Source: Kiloniellaceae bacterium (GTDB lineage: Bacteria; Pseudomonadota; Alphaproteobacteria; Kiloniellales; J153). From it: a stretch of 64,000 bases of DNA. The notes under the pieces are model-generated. The model was not told the origin of the DNA. It worked only from the letters and a program-made list of their open reading frames with translations, and searched no databases. Below, piece by piece: positions 32,410 through 41,477 of this stretch. Numbering within the stretch: position 1 is the first letter of the stretch; every line of letters begins with the position of its first letter. The DNA lies in the NCBI GenBank assembly GCA_021776135.1, contig JAJFGL010000031.1, forward strand, positions 4,703 through 68,702, read 5' to 3'. The position numbers and the translations under genes are program-made.

Positions 32410-33615
32410 ATGGAACACCTGGACCTGCTCGACGTCTTTCAAGGCCTGGCGACCCTTTGGGCGTCGGAGCCCCGGCTTGCCTTCATGCGGTTGTTCTTGA
32501 TTGCGCTGGGCATGGGGCTGATCTATTTGGGCCGCAAGGGGGTCCTGGAAGGCCTGCTGATGATCCCCATGGGCCTAGGCATGGCAACGGTCAACGCCGG
32601 CGTGTTGTTCCTGGACGACGGCCGCCAAGGCACCTTGTTTGTCGATCCCCTGATCGACGACGTCGACGCCTTGATGGCCGCTCTGCAAATCAATTGGCTG
32701 CAGCCGGTCTATACCTTGGCCTTCTCCAACGGTTTGATCGCCTGTTTGGTTTTCATGGGTATCGGCGCGCTGCTCGACGTCGGCTATATGATGGCGCGGC
32801 CCTTCCAAAGCATGTTCATCGCGCTCTGCGCCGAATTGGGCACCCTGGTCGTTTTCCCGCTAGCCCATGCCCTGGGTCTATCGATCCAGGATTCCGCCGC
32901 GGTCGCAACCATCGGCGGCGCCGACGGCCCGATGATCCTCTTTACCTCGCTTATTCTCTCCAAGGATCTGTTCGTGCCGATCACCGTCGTCGCCTATCTC
33001 TATCTGGGGCTGACTTACGGCGGTTATCCCTACATGATCAAGCTGCTGGTGCCGCGCCACATTCGCGGCATGAAAATGCCGGCGGAGAAAGTTCGCAAGG
33101 TGACGCCGGGACAGAAGATCACCTTCTGCGTCACCGCCTGCACGATCCTGTCCTTGCTGTTCCCGGTTGCGGCGCCGCTGTTCCTGTCGCTCTTTATCGG
33201 TGTGATCGTGCGCGAGAGCGGCTTGACCAAGTACACCGATCTATTCAGCAATCAGCTCCTCTATGGCGCGACCTTCTTCCTTGGCCTGATGCTGGGGGTT
33301 CTGTGCGAGGCCAACACCATCCTCAACCCGGATGTCTTGATTCTGCTGGTGCTCGGCATCGTGGCGCTCACCATATCGGGTTTGGGCGGCCTCATGGGCG
33401 GTTATATTCTATATTTCGCCAGCGGCCGGCGGTTCAATCCTGTGATCGGGATCGCCGGCGTAAGCTGCCTGCCGACAACCGCCAAGGTGGCGCAGAAATG
33501 CGTTGCCGAGGTCACGCCCGACGCGGTTATTCTACCCCATGCCCTGGGCGCCAGTATCAGCGGCGTGATTACCTCCGCCGTGCTGGCCGGGATCCTGATC
33601 GCGACCGTGCAGTAG
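32410..33615 (+). CDS. mmdB: Na+-translocating decarboxylase beta subunit (OadB/MmdB/GcdB family)
   Basis: 401-aa polytopic protein with family-typical segments (LLMIPMGLGMATVNAG, IGGADGP, GVSCLPTTAKVAQ). Confidence 0.85.
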   Translation: MEHLDLLDVFQGLATLWASEPRLAFMRLFLIALGMGLIYLGRKGVLEGLLMIPMGLGMATVNAGVLFLDDGRQGTLFVDPLIDDVDALMAALQINWLQPVYTLAFSNGLIACLVFMGIGALLDVGYMMARPFQSMFIALCAELGTLVVFPLAHALGLSIQDSAAVATIGGADGPMILFTSLILSKDLFVPITVVAYLYLGLTYGGYPYMIKLLVPRHIRGMKMPAEKVRKVTPGQKITFCVTACTILSLLFPVAAPLFLSLFIGVIVRESGLTKYTDLFSNQLLYGATFFLGLMLGVLCEANTILNPDVLILLVLGIVALTISGLGGLMGGYILYFASGRRFNPVIGIAGVSCLPTTAKVAQKCVAEVTPDAVILPHALGASISGVITSAVLAGILIATVQ

Positions 33616-33851
33616 CCATCCGGGGGGAAGCGCTGCGCCTTATTGGGAAGCGCTGCGCCGGGGGCATTTTTTTCAAAGGGTTGACGTCTGAGTCCATAAC
33701 GGAACGATACAGGGATATCGTTTTTTCACGCCGCTTGTGTGGTCCAACTATTTCTACCTAGCTTGATGTCGATCAGATCATCCCTTGCCAGGCATATGGA
33801 ATCTGGCCCCCTTGTCCCTTCGCGGTTCGATTTCGATTGGAGCCTTAGCCT

Positions 33852-35303
33852 GTGAAACCGCCGGTCATACTTTGGTTCCAACAGGACTTGCGAATTCAGG
33901 ACCATCCGGCTCTTTCGGCCGCGGTCGCCAGCGGCCGGCCGGTCGTTCCGGTCTATATCCTCGACGAGGGAGGCTCCGGCCGCTGGGCGCCCGGCGGCGC
34001 GTCGCGCTGGTGGCTCCATAACAGCCTTACCTCGCTACGGTCGTCTTTGGAAAAGCTGGGAAGCGGCCTGGTTCTGCGGCGCGGTCCGGCGAGGAAGGTC
34101 TTGGCAACGCTGATCGCCGAAACCGGGGCGGAGTCGATTTTCGTCACGCGACGCTATGAGTCCTATGCCGCCGGCCTCGAATGCGCCTTGGCGGGGGCTC
34201 TTAGGAAGGACGGCATAGAATTTCGCCGCTTCGGCGGCACGCTACTCTTCGAGCCCGAAGCGTTAGCAACCAAGGACGGCAGGCCCTACAAGGTTTTCAC
34301 CCCCTTCTATAAGGCCTGCCTTGCCAAGTTCCCCGCCGCGTCCCCGGCCAAGGCCCCGAGTTCCGTCGCCGCGCTGCCTCAACTTCCGAAGAGCGACCGG
34401 CTGGCCGATTGGGCTCTCCTGCCGACAAGCCCGGACTGGGCCGGCGGTTTACGCACGACATGGGCGCCGGGGGAGCAAGGCGCCGGGGCGCGGCTCGATA
34501 CCTTTGTGACGAATGCAATGACTGACTATGAGAGATGCCGGGACCGGCCCGACAAACGCGGCACCTCGCAGATATCGCCCCATCTGCATTTCGGCGAAAT
34601 CAGCCCCCGGCTATGCTGGCAAAAGATACGGTTTGCGATCGAGATGAACGATCACCGCGGCGAAAGCGGCGGCACCGCTTTTCTGCGCGAATTGATATGG
34701 CGCGAGTTCTCCTATCACCTGCTGCACCATTGGCCGAACCTGCCGGAGGCGCCGTTCCGGGCGGGTTTCAAGGATTTTCCCTGGAAAGAGAACGCCGCCA
34801 ACCTTCAGGCATGGCAGCACGGTCGAACCGGTTATCCCCTGGTCGATGCCGGCATGCGCCAGCTATGGTACACGGGCTGGATGCACAATCGCGTCCGCAT
34901 GGTTGTCGCTTCTTTCCTGGTTAAACACCTTCTGATCCCATGGCAGGTGGGCGCGGCGTGGTTCTGGGAAACCCTGGTCGATGCCGACCTGGCCAACAAT
35001 TCGGCCAGCTGGCAATGGGTCGCCGGATGCGGCGCGGACGCCGCCCCCTACTTCCGCATCTTCAATCCAACGATCCAGGGCAAGAAGTTCGATCCGGATG
35101 GCGCCTATGTGCGGCAATGGGTGCCGGAGCTGGCCGCGCTTCCCAAGGCGTTTATACATCAGCCCTGGACCGCTCCACCCCATGTCCTATCGGACGCTGG
35201 GGTGGTGCTGGGGAAAGAGTATCCCGGCCCGATCGTGGATCACGCCATGGCGCGCAGGCGCGCGCTCGATGCCTTCCAGCAGATGAAACAACGAACGATC
35301 TGA
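33852..35303 (+). CDS. phrB: Deoxyribodipyrimidine photolyase (class I CPD photolyase/cryptochrome family)
   Basis: GTG start. ILWFQQDLRIQDHPAL N-terminus; FAD-binding C-terminal motifs (TSQISPHLHFGEIS, WREFSYHLL, GWMHNRVRM, DADLANNSASWQW). Confidence 0.85.
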   Translation: MKPPVILWFQQDLRIQDHPALSAAVASGRPVVPVYILDEGGSGRWAPGGASRWWLHNSLTSLRSSLEKLGSGLVLRRGPARKVLATLIAETGAESIFVTRRYESYAAGLECALAGALRKDGIEFRRFGGTLLFEPEALATKDGRPYKVFTPFYKACLAKFPAASPAKAPSSVAALPQLPKSDRLADWALLPTSPDWAGGLRTTWAPGEQGAGARLDTFVTNAMTDYERCRDRPDKRGTSQISPHLHFGEISPRLCWQKIRFAIEMNDHRGESGGTAFLRELIWREFSYHLLHHWPNLPEAPFRAGFKDFPWKENAANLQAWQHGRTGYPLVDAGMRQLWYTGWMHNRVRMVVASFLVKHLLIPWQVGAAWFWETLVDADLANNSASWQWVAGCGADAAPYFRIFNPTIQGKKFDPDGAYVRQWVPELAALPKAFIHQPWTAPPHVLSDAGVVLGKEYPGPIVDHAMARRRALDAFQQMKQRTI

Positions 35304-35699
35304 GCAAGGCCTTGTCGCATTTTCACCGCCGGCGCGCCGCGGCCACGGATCACCGGAAAACCGTCTGGGCGGTACTGTGATCCGCTGGGCACGGCGCCTC
35401 GTATTGAATTAGGTTAGGTCAAATAGCCTGGAGAGATCGGACCGATGCTACGGTGGCGAACTGCACGCTCGCAGGATACGGCGGCTCTGGGCCAAAACTT
35501 GCGGCAATGGGTGAGCGGTTGCTCAGTGTCGGCCTCATAGCGGTGATTGTGGCCACCGTCGCCGCGCCCTTGATGGCGGCTTTGCCGCCTGACCGGAAGC
35601 CTATCGCGCTTCCTCAATCCTTTCATCCGGATCTGAGGCCCGCGCCCGGTGATTGACTTGGGTTGCGCGGGCGGGACGCCCGTGGCGGCGGACAGCGGG

Positions 35700-35918
35700 T
35701 CAGCGCTCTCCCCTCGGGGCGCCGTTACCGGCTGGATCTGGCTGACGGTTGGCGCGGACATTGACGAAGACCTCCAGGTCCTTCTGCGCCACCCGCCAGT
35801 CGCGACCGAACTTCACTGCGCGTAGGCTCTCGTCGTGAATCCACGACCTGATGGTGCTCTCCTTGACCTTCAGCAGATCGGCGACCTCGTGCACCGTGAG
35901 CATTGGACGGCTGAGCAT
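35700..35918 (-). CDS. Excisionase/MerR-superfamily HTH DNA-binding protein (orphan)
   Basis: 72 aa. MLTVHEVADLLKVKESTIRSWI...AVKFGRDWRV matches the HTH_17 excisionase-type pattern. Flanked upstream by an AT-rich segment. Confidence 0.6.
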   Translation of the reverse strand: MLSRPMLTVHEVADLLKVKESTIRSWIHDESLRAVKFGRDWRVAQKDLEVFVNVRANRQPDPAGNGAPRGER

Positions 35919-36053
35919 GCCTCATTCTCCCAACTTATAGCCTTCCTTATATATAATTTTGACGCTGCTTGTTGAAGTTTTATTAGGTATTCCTATCTTT
36001 ATCGTAGTTCTAGCACCTTAGCGCACGCACACATACGGGGAAAGGGACCGCGC

Positions 36054-37271
36054 ATGCCAGCTGTCGGACAGCGGATTTCGGCTTTGCTGCATCACGATGC
36101 CGCCGGTGGCGTGTTGCTGATGCTAGCGGCCGCCGCGGCCCTGCTCCTCGACAACTCGCCGCTCGACTGGCTCTACGACGCCATACTGGCGACCCAGGTG
36201 GTGGTCCAAGTTGGCACCCAGTCCATCGACAAGCCGCTGCTTCTGTGGATCAACGACGGCCTGATGGTGGTGTTCTTTTTCCTGATCGGGCTGGAGATAA
36301 AGCGGGAACTGCTGGAAGGCCGCCTTTCGAGCTGGAACCACGCCGCCCTGCCCGTCGTCGCGGCGTTGGGCGGAATGGTCGTTCCGGCGCTGATCTACAT
36401 TGCGTTCAATGCCGGCGATCCGACGGCACTGAACGGCTGGGCTATTCCTGCCGCGACGGACATCGCCTTCGCGCTCGGCGTACTTGCCCTTCTAGGCCGC
36501 CGGGTGCCGCGTGCGCTAAAGGTATTCCTCCTTGCGCTCGCCATTCTCGACGACCTCGGCGCCATCATCATCATCGCGGTGTTCTATACCGCAGACCTCT
36601 CGCTAACCTCATTGGCCGTTGGTGGAGTCAGCGCTGCCGTGCTAATCGGACTCAACCTCGCCGGAGTGCGCCGCATTGCGCCCTATGTGCTGGTCGGGCT
36701 GGTGATGTGGGTCTTCGTGCTGAAATCCGGCGTCCACGCCACGCTCGCCGGCGTCATCATCGCCCTGACAATTCCCCTGCGCGTGCCATATAGCTCGAGA
36801 CCGTCGCCGCTGCACCAACTCGAACGCGGCCTGCACCCCTGGGTCGCCTTTTTCGTCATGCCGGTCTTCGCCTTCGCCAACGCCGGCGTCGCCCTGGGCG
36901 GCCTCTCGATGGCCGATCTTCTGGCGCCGATTCCGCTCGGCATCGCGCTCGGCCTTTTCGTCGGCAAGCAGATCGGCGTATTCGGGTTTGCCTGGCTGGC
37001 GGCGCGCGCCGGCATCTGCCGCCTGCCGGAAGGCGTCACCTGGAGGCAGATATACGGCGCGGCCCTGCTCGCGGGCATTGGCTTTACCATGAGCCTGTTT
37101 ATCGGCACGCTGGCGTTCCCCGACCCCGGCCATGCCACCGCCGTGCGTCTGGGCGTGCTGTCGGGATCGATCCTCTCCGCCGTCGCCGGATACGCTGTCC
37201 TGCGGCTCTCCACGGAGTCCGCCGCCAGCGCCCGCGCGGCGGCGCGGCAACCGGCTAAGACAGCCGCCTAG
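36054..37271 (+). CDS. nhaA: Na+/H+ antiporter NhaA
   Basis: NhaA hallmarks: [21 protein letters not shown], and the [11 protein letters not shown] and [12 protein letters not shown] motifs (the DD pair). Confidence 0.9.
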   Translation: MPAVGQRISALLHHDAAGGVLLMLAAAAALLLDNSPLDWLYDAILATQVVVQVGTQSIDKPLLLWINDGLMVVFFFLIGLEIKRELLEGRLSSWNHAALPVVAALGGMVVPALIYIAFNAGDPTALNGWAIPAATDIAFALGVLALLGRRVPRALKVFLLALAILDDLGAIIIIAVFYTADLSLTSLAVGGVSAAVLIGLNLAGVRRIAPYVLVGLVMWVFVLKSGVHATLAGVIIALTIPLRVPYSSRPSPLHQLERGLHPWVAFFVMPVFAFANAGVALGGLSMADLLAPIPLGIALGLFVGKQIGVFGFAWLAARAGICRLPEGVTWRQIYGAALLAGIGFTMSLFIGTLAFPDPGHATAVRLGVLSGSILSAVAGYAVLRLSTESAASARAAARQPAKTAA

Positions 37272-37285
37272 CAACGGAGATAGGC

Positions 37286-37924
37286 ATGCGCGACGTACCT
37301 GAACTGGTCGACGGCTATCGCCGATTCCTCGCAATCCGGTATCCGCAGGAGGCGGCGCTTTACCGCTCGTTGGCCCAAGCGGGTCAGGCGCCGAAAACCA
37401 TGGTGATCGCCTGTTGCGATAGCCGCGTCGATCCGGCGGCGATCTTCAGCGCCGGTCCGGGGCAGCTGTTCATCGTGCGCAACGTGGCCAATCTGGTGCC
37501 GCCCTTCGAACCCCACGGCGACTATCACGGCACCAGCGCGGCACTCGAATTCGCGGTCACGGGGCTCGAGGTCGACACCATCCTGGTGATGGGTCATGCC
37601 CGGTGCGGCGGCGTGCGCGCGTTCTTGGATGGCCTCGACCAGCGGCCGGCGAAGCGTGGGTTCATCGACAGCTGGCTGTCATTGTTGAACGCGGCGCGAA
37701 CCGAGGCGTTGCGGGACGCCGCCGGGGGGCCGATCGAGAAACAGCAGCAAGCACTCGAGCATGCTTCTGTCCGCCATTCGATTGAAAACCTGTGGACATT
37801 TCCATTCATCAAGGAACGATTGAACGACGGCCGCCTGCGTGTGCGCGGCGCTTATTTCGACATCGCCAACGGCAAGCTGCTTACCCTTGACCCCGCGAGC
37901 GGCCGGTTCGGACCGCTGGACTGA
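37286..37924 (+). CDS. can: Beta-class carbonic anhydrase
   Basis: Zinc ligand motifs CCDSR and HARCGG. 212 aa. Confidence 0.85.
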   Translation: MRDVPELVDGYRRFLAIRYPQEAALYRSLAQAGQAPKTMVIACCDSRVDPAAIFSAGPGQLFIVRNVANLVPPFEPHGDYHGTSAALEFAVTGLEVDTILVMGHARCGGVRAFLDGLDQRPAKRGFIDSWLSLLNAARTEALRDAAGGPIEKQQQALEHASVRHSIENLWTFPFIKERLNDGRLRVRGAYFDIANGKLLTLDPASGRFGPLD

Positions 37925-38838
37925 TGCCGGACAAACCGACCGTGGAGGATAGCGGCAAGCCGCCGTTCACAATGACCGGGCACCTGCGCAGCTTCATCGA
38001 GGCCAACGCGACGCGACAAACCATCATTGCTGTCATCATAATCAATGCCGCCGTGATCGGGCTCGAAATCTCGCCCACCGCCATGACGGCGGCCGGAACG
38101 ATCCTCCTCGCCATCGACACCATCGCCTTGGCGATTTTCGTCGCCGAAATTGGCATCAAGTTGTTCGTCTATCGGGCCGCCTTCTTCCGCGATCCCTGGA
38201 ACCTGTTCGACTTCACCATCGTCGCTGTGTCCTTGGCCCCGGTGGGCGACGGCTTTTCGGTTCTGCGATCGCTGCGCATTCTGCGCGCCCTGCGGCTGAT
38301 ATCGCTGGTCCCGCGTATGCGCATCGTAGTACAGGCGTTTTTACGGGCGATCCCGGGCATGGGCTCAGTGCTGGCGCTGCTATGCTTGGTTTTCTATGTT
38401 GCGGCGGTTATGGCGACCAAACTGTTCGGGCCCGAATTCGATGCCTGGTTCGGCACTCTCGGTCGCTCGGCCTTCTCGTTGTTTCAGATCATGACCCTAG
38501 AAGCCTGGTCGATGGGCATCGTGCGCCCGGTGATGGAGGTCCATCCCTACGCCTGGGCGTTCTTCGTGCCGTTTATCCTGATCGCGACCTTCGCGGTGTT
38601 GAACCTATTTATCGCCATCATGGTCAACTCAATGCACGATGCCGCCGTGACCGACGCCGAGCAGCAGGCCAAGGCGCACGACTCGGTATTGCAGTCCCTT
38701 GTGGAAGAGATCGGCCAGCTAAGGCGGGAGATCGCGGCCCTGAGTCCAATCCAGGTCGCGTTTAGCCCGAAGCCGGCGGCCGAGCGATCCACCCGCCAAG
38801 ACACGGCCCTGCTAGACCGCCGCACTCGGCCGGACTAA
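37924..38838 (+). CDS. Voltage-gated Na+ channel, NaChBac/BacNav family (single 6-TM domain)
   Basis: S4 with Arg every third residue (VLRSLRILRALRLISLVPRMR). Pore FSLFQIMTLEAWSMGIVRPVM. Start overlaps the can stop (TGATG). Confidence 0.85.
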   Translation: MPDKPTVEDSGKPPFTMTGHLRSFIEANATRQTIIAVIIINAAVIGLEISPTAMTAAGTILLAIDTIALAIFVAEIGIKLFVYRAAFFRDPWNLFDFTIVAVSLAPVGDGFSVLRSLRILRALRLISLVPRMRIVVQAFLRAIPGMGSVLALLCLVFYVAAVMATKLFGPEFDAWFGTLGRSAFSLFQIMTLEAWSMGIVRPVMEVHPYAWAFFVPFILIATFAVLNLFIAIMVNSMHDAAVTDAEQQAKAHDSVLQSLVEEIGQLRREIAALSPIQVAFSPKPAAERSTRQDTALLDRRTRPD

Positions 38839-38870
38839 AGCGAGCAACGCGGAGAACCCGGGCAGGATTT

Positions 38871-39809
38871 CTATGTCACAGACTTATCCGAGTTGAAGGA
38901 CTCCGGACGCGAGACACGCGTCTCCTCGAGCAGCCAGTCGCGGAAGGCCTCCACCTTGGGCTGCTCGGCGCCGTCTTTCGCGCTCAGCAGATAGTAGGAG
39001 AAACTGAGCGGTGTGCTGAGGCTTGGGTCGAAGGGGCGCACGAGGCGGCCGGCTGCGAGGTCGTCGGCCACCAGGATGTCGCCGATCAAAGCCACGCCGT
39101 GGCCGTCGAGCGCGGCCTGCACCGCCATGGTCTCCATGGTGAAGCGCGGCCCACGGGTCGGGTCGATGTCGTGCAAGCCGGCTGCCAGCAGCCACATACG
39201 CCAGCTCGCCTCGGCGTCTTTCCATTCGACGTGCAGCAGAGTGTGGTGGCGCAGATCGTCGGGCTGGCCCAAGGGGTGCTCGCCGCTCAAGAGTGCCGGG
39301 CTGCAGACCGGCGTGTTGACCTGGTTGAACAGCCAGTCGAGCCGCACCCCATTGTAGCCGCCGGGGCCGTAGCGCACCGCCACGTCAGCGTCGTCGCGCG
39401 CCAGGTCGACCAAACGGTCGGTGCCGTCGATGCGGATCTCGATGTCCGGGTGCCGAATGCGGAAATGCTCGAGTCGGGGCACCAGCCACATGGCGCCGAA
39501 CGAGGGGCTGACGCTGATGGTCAGCATCCCGCTCTCGCAGTGAGCGCGCATTTGCTCGACCCCTTGGGCCAGCTTGCCGAAGCCCTGGCTGAGCGTCGGC
39601 AGGGCCGCTTGGCCGGCATCGGTTAGGCGCAACGCCCGGGTCAGGCGGCGGAACAGGGGCACCTCGAGCAGCTCCTCGAGCGCCTTGACCTGGTGGCCGA
39701 TCGCGGCCGGCGTGACGTTCAACTCGGCCGCCGCTTTGGTGAAGCTGAGGTGGCGGCCGGCCGATTCGAAGGCCCTGAGAGCGTTCAGGGGCGGGAGCGG
39801 TCGAGCCAT
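38871..39809 (-). CDS. LysR-family transcriptional regulator (GcvA/AmpR-like)
   Basis: N-terminal HTH LNALRAFESAGRHLSFTKAAAELNVTPAAIGHQVKALEE. 312 aa. Confidence 0.85.
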   Translation of the reverse strand: MARPLPPLNALRAFESAGRHLSFTKAAAELNVTPAAIGHQVKALEELLEVPLFRRLTRALRLTDAGQAALPTLSQGFGKLAQGVEQMRAHCESGMLTISVSPSFGAMWLVPRLEHFRIRHPDIEIRIDGTDRLVDLARDDADVAVRYGPGGYNGVRLDWLFNQVNTPVCSPALLSGEHPLGQPDDLRHHTLLHVEWKDAEASWRMWLLAAGLHDIDPTRGPRFTMETMAVQAALDGHGVALIGDILVADDLAAGRLVRPFDPSLSTPLSFSYYLLSAKDGAEQPKVEAFRDWLLEETRVSRPESFNSDKSVT

Positions 39810-39828
39810 TATCTATATCCTAGTTTTT

Positions 39829-39863
39829 CTAACAAATCAGCCGAGACCTTCTCGTTTGTTGAG
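39829..39863. promoter_or_regulatory. Nested inverted repeat in the LysR divergent promoter region (ctAACAAA-N18-TTTGTTgag with internal GAGA-cct-TCTC)
   Basis: Read directly. Located 20 nt upstream of the lysR start, in an AT-rich divergent intergenic region. Candidate LysR-type binding site. Confidence 0.3.
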
Positions 39864-40005
39864 GGTCCTAGATATGCATACATTTTTATTATTCAAGGCC
39901 GAATCGCACCGATACCGGTGCGGCGTAGGCAGCCTCATAGGTCAAATAAATCTAGACCATGGGAGTGTCGGCGAGCGGTCAGACCGAAACCCGATGGAGG
40001 GCTCC

Positions 40006-40407
40006 ATGAACCCCTATTACGAGCTTCCCAATCTCGGCAGAAGTTTCCAGCAGGCTCACGCCGACCGGGCCAAGCGGCCAGACCGCCAGATCGGCGGAAT
40101 CACAAGCATCGTCGCCTTGTGGCTTGTCAATGTCCTGGAATCGGCGGCTCTCCGGACTGTCGGCGGGATCTCCCGCTGGCGCCGGCGGCGCACCGCGATC
40201 CGCGAGCTCCAGGCCTTAAGCGACTACTACCTGACGGACATCGGGTTGGACCGCTCCCAGATTGTCGCGACGGTCGAGAAAAACATCGAGACCGGCAGTC
40301 AGCCGGCTTGGTGCCACGCCCGCTTCTGGTGCGGTGACGGCATCGGCCCGGACTCTCGTGAAATTCACGGAGAATCCCTAGGCTCGACCGAGGAAAAGCC
40401 AGCATGA
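40006..40407 (+). CDS. DUF1127-domain protein with unusual extensions
   Basis: Core RWRRRRTAIRELQALSDYYLTDIGLDRSQI matches the DUF1127 pattern. Start uncertain. Stop overlaps the start of the downstream EamA gene (ATGA). Confidence 0.5.
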   Translation: MNPYYELPNLGRSFQQAHADRAKRPDRQIGGITSIVALWLVNVLESAALRTVGGISRWRRRRTAIRELQALSDYYLTDIGLDRSQIVATVEKNIETGSQPAWCHARFWCGDGIGPDSREIHGESLGSTEEKPA

Positions 40408-41252
40408 ATCAAAATACTCTGTCTGAATATAACATCGGTGCCGTTCTTGTTGTGATTTCGGCCATAACATTCAGCACGGCAGGTTTGTTCACCAAGGGAG
40501 TTGAAGCCGGGTCGTGGGAAGTTATTTTTTGGAGAGGCCTTTTTGCCGCTGCTATCACAACGGTCTGGACAATAAACAGAGGAACATTACGACAGAATTT
40601 TCTTGGCATGGGTTACAGTGGATTGGCGGTAGCAGTGGTAGGCGCATTGGGTATGGCGGCATTTATCACGTCATTTAAATTCACAACCATTGCCAATGTT
40701 TCACTTATCTATGCGGTTTCTCCACTTGTCGCTGCGCTACTCGCTTGGTTTGTCATTGGAGAGAAAGTATCGCCAAGGACGATGGCGGGATGTGTTGGCG
40801 CGTTTTTGGGTGTTGCGATAATTGTTTCGGGTTCTCTTGGTCAAATTGGTCTCTATGGCGATTTGTTGGCCTTGTGGATGGCCATCGTTATGGCCCTGAT
40901 AATGGTCATTTATCGAAAGTACCCAGATACTCCTGGGGCGGGTCCCGCAGTGCTATCATCAGTTCTTTTGCTGCCTTTTGCCGCGATATTTGGTGACCCA
41001 TTTGATGTTGAACGCACTGAAGTCTATGTTCTTTCTGCATTTGGACTGTTATTCGCCATTGCATCAGTCACCTTAGCAGAAGGGGCTAAACGGGTTCCGT
41101 CTGGCCAGACCGCTCTTTTAAGTATCTTGGAAACCCCTCTTGCTCCGGTTTTCGCCTTCATAGTGCTTTCGGAAATTCCAAACATCCCAACATTTCTTGG
41201 CGGTTCTGTCGTGCTCTTTGCGGTGCTTTTCTCGATGAGAAACGCTACTTAA
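40404..41252 (+). CDS. EamA/DMT-superfamily transporter
   Basis: 10 predicted TM helices in two EamA-like halves. Visibly lower GC and different codon usage from flanking genes. Confidence 0.8.
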   Translation: MNQNTLSEYNIGAVLVVISAITFSTAGLFTKGVEAGSWEVIFWRGLFAAAITTVWTINRGTLRQNFLGMGYSGLAVAVVGALGMAAFITSFKFTTIANVSLIYAVSPLVAALLAWFVIGEKVSPRTMAGCVGAFLGVAIIVSGSLGQIGLYGDLLALWMAIVMALIMVIYRKYPDTPGAGPAVLSSVLLLPFAAIFGDPFDVERTEVYVLSAFGLLFAIASVTLAEGAKRVPSGQTALLSILETPLAPVFAFIVLSEIPNIPTFLGGSVVLFAVLFSMRNAT

Positions 41253-41477
41253 TTACCTAGCTCACCTCAGCGGATGTTGTGAGACATTTATATTGCCAAG
41301 GATTTTCCCTGGTACATCCATTTGTCCGAAACCGGGACAAGGCAGCAGCGCTCATTGAATGAGGATTTCCAAAACGGACTGTCAGAGATTTTTTTCGAGG
41401 ACGCCGGTGACGCCCATGGCGGCCCAGCGCGGCCTTGGTTCAGGAATCCGGCGGGTTCAAGTCCGCCCATATACGGC

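Noticed and set aside
35414-35761. 115-aa minus-strand and 67-aa plus-strand ORFs between phrB and the excisionase-like gene
   Set aside because: There are no motifs. They overlap each other and the excisionase-like gene, and their composition is not protein-like. The region is left as unassigned.
41448-41475. tRNA-like T-arm (ggcgg gttcaagt ccgcc) next to the low-GC EamA gene, considered as a tRNA gene or att remnant
   Set aside because: It folds only as a 5-bp stem with an 8-nt loop. No acceptor, D or anticodon arms could be built from the upstream 60 nt. There is no CCA or matching 5' strand, so I treat it as a simple hairpin after the HemY-like stop codon.
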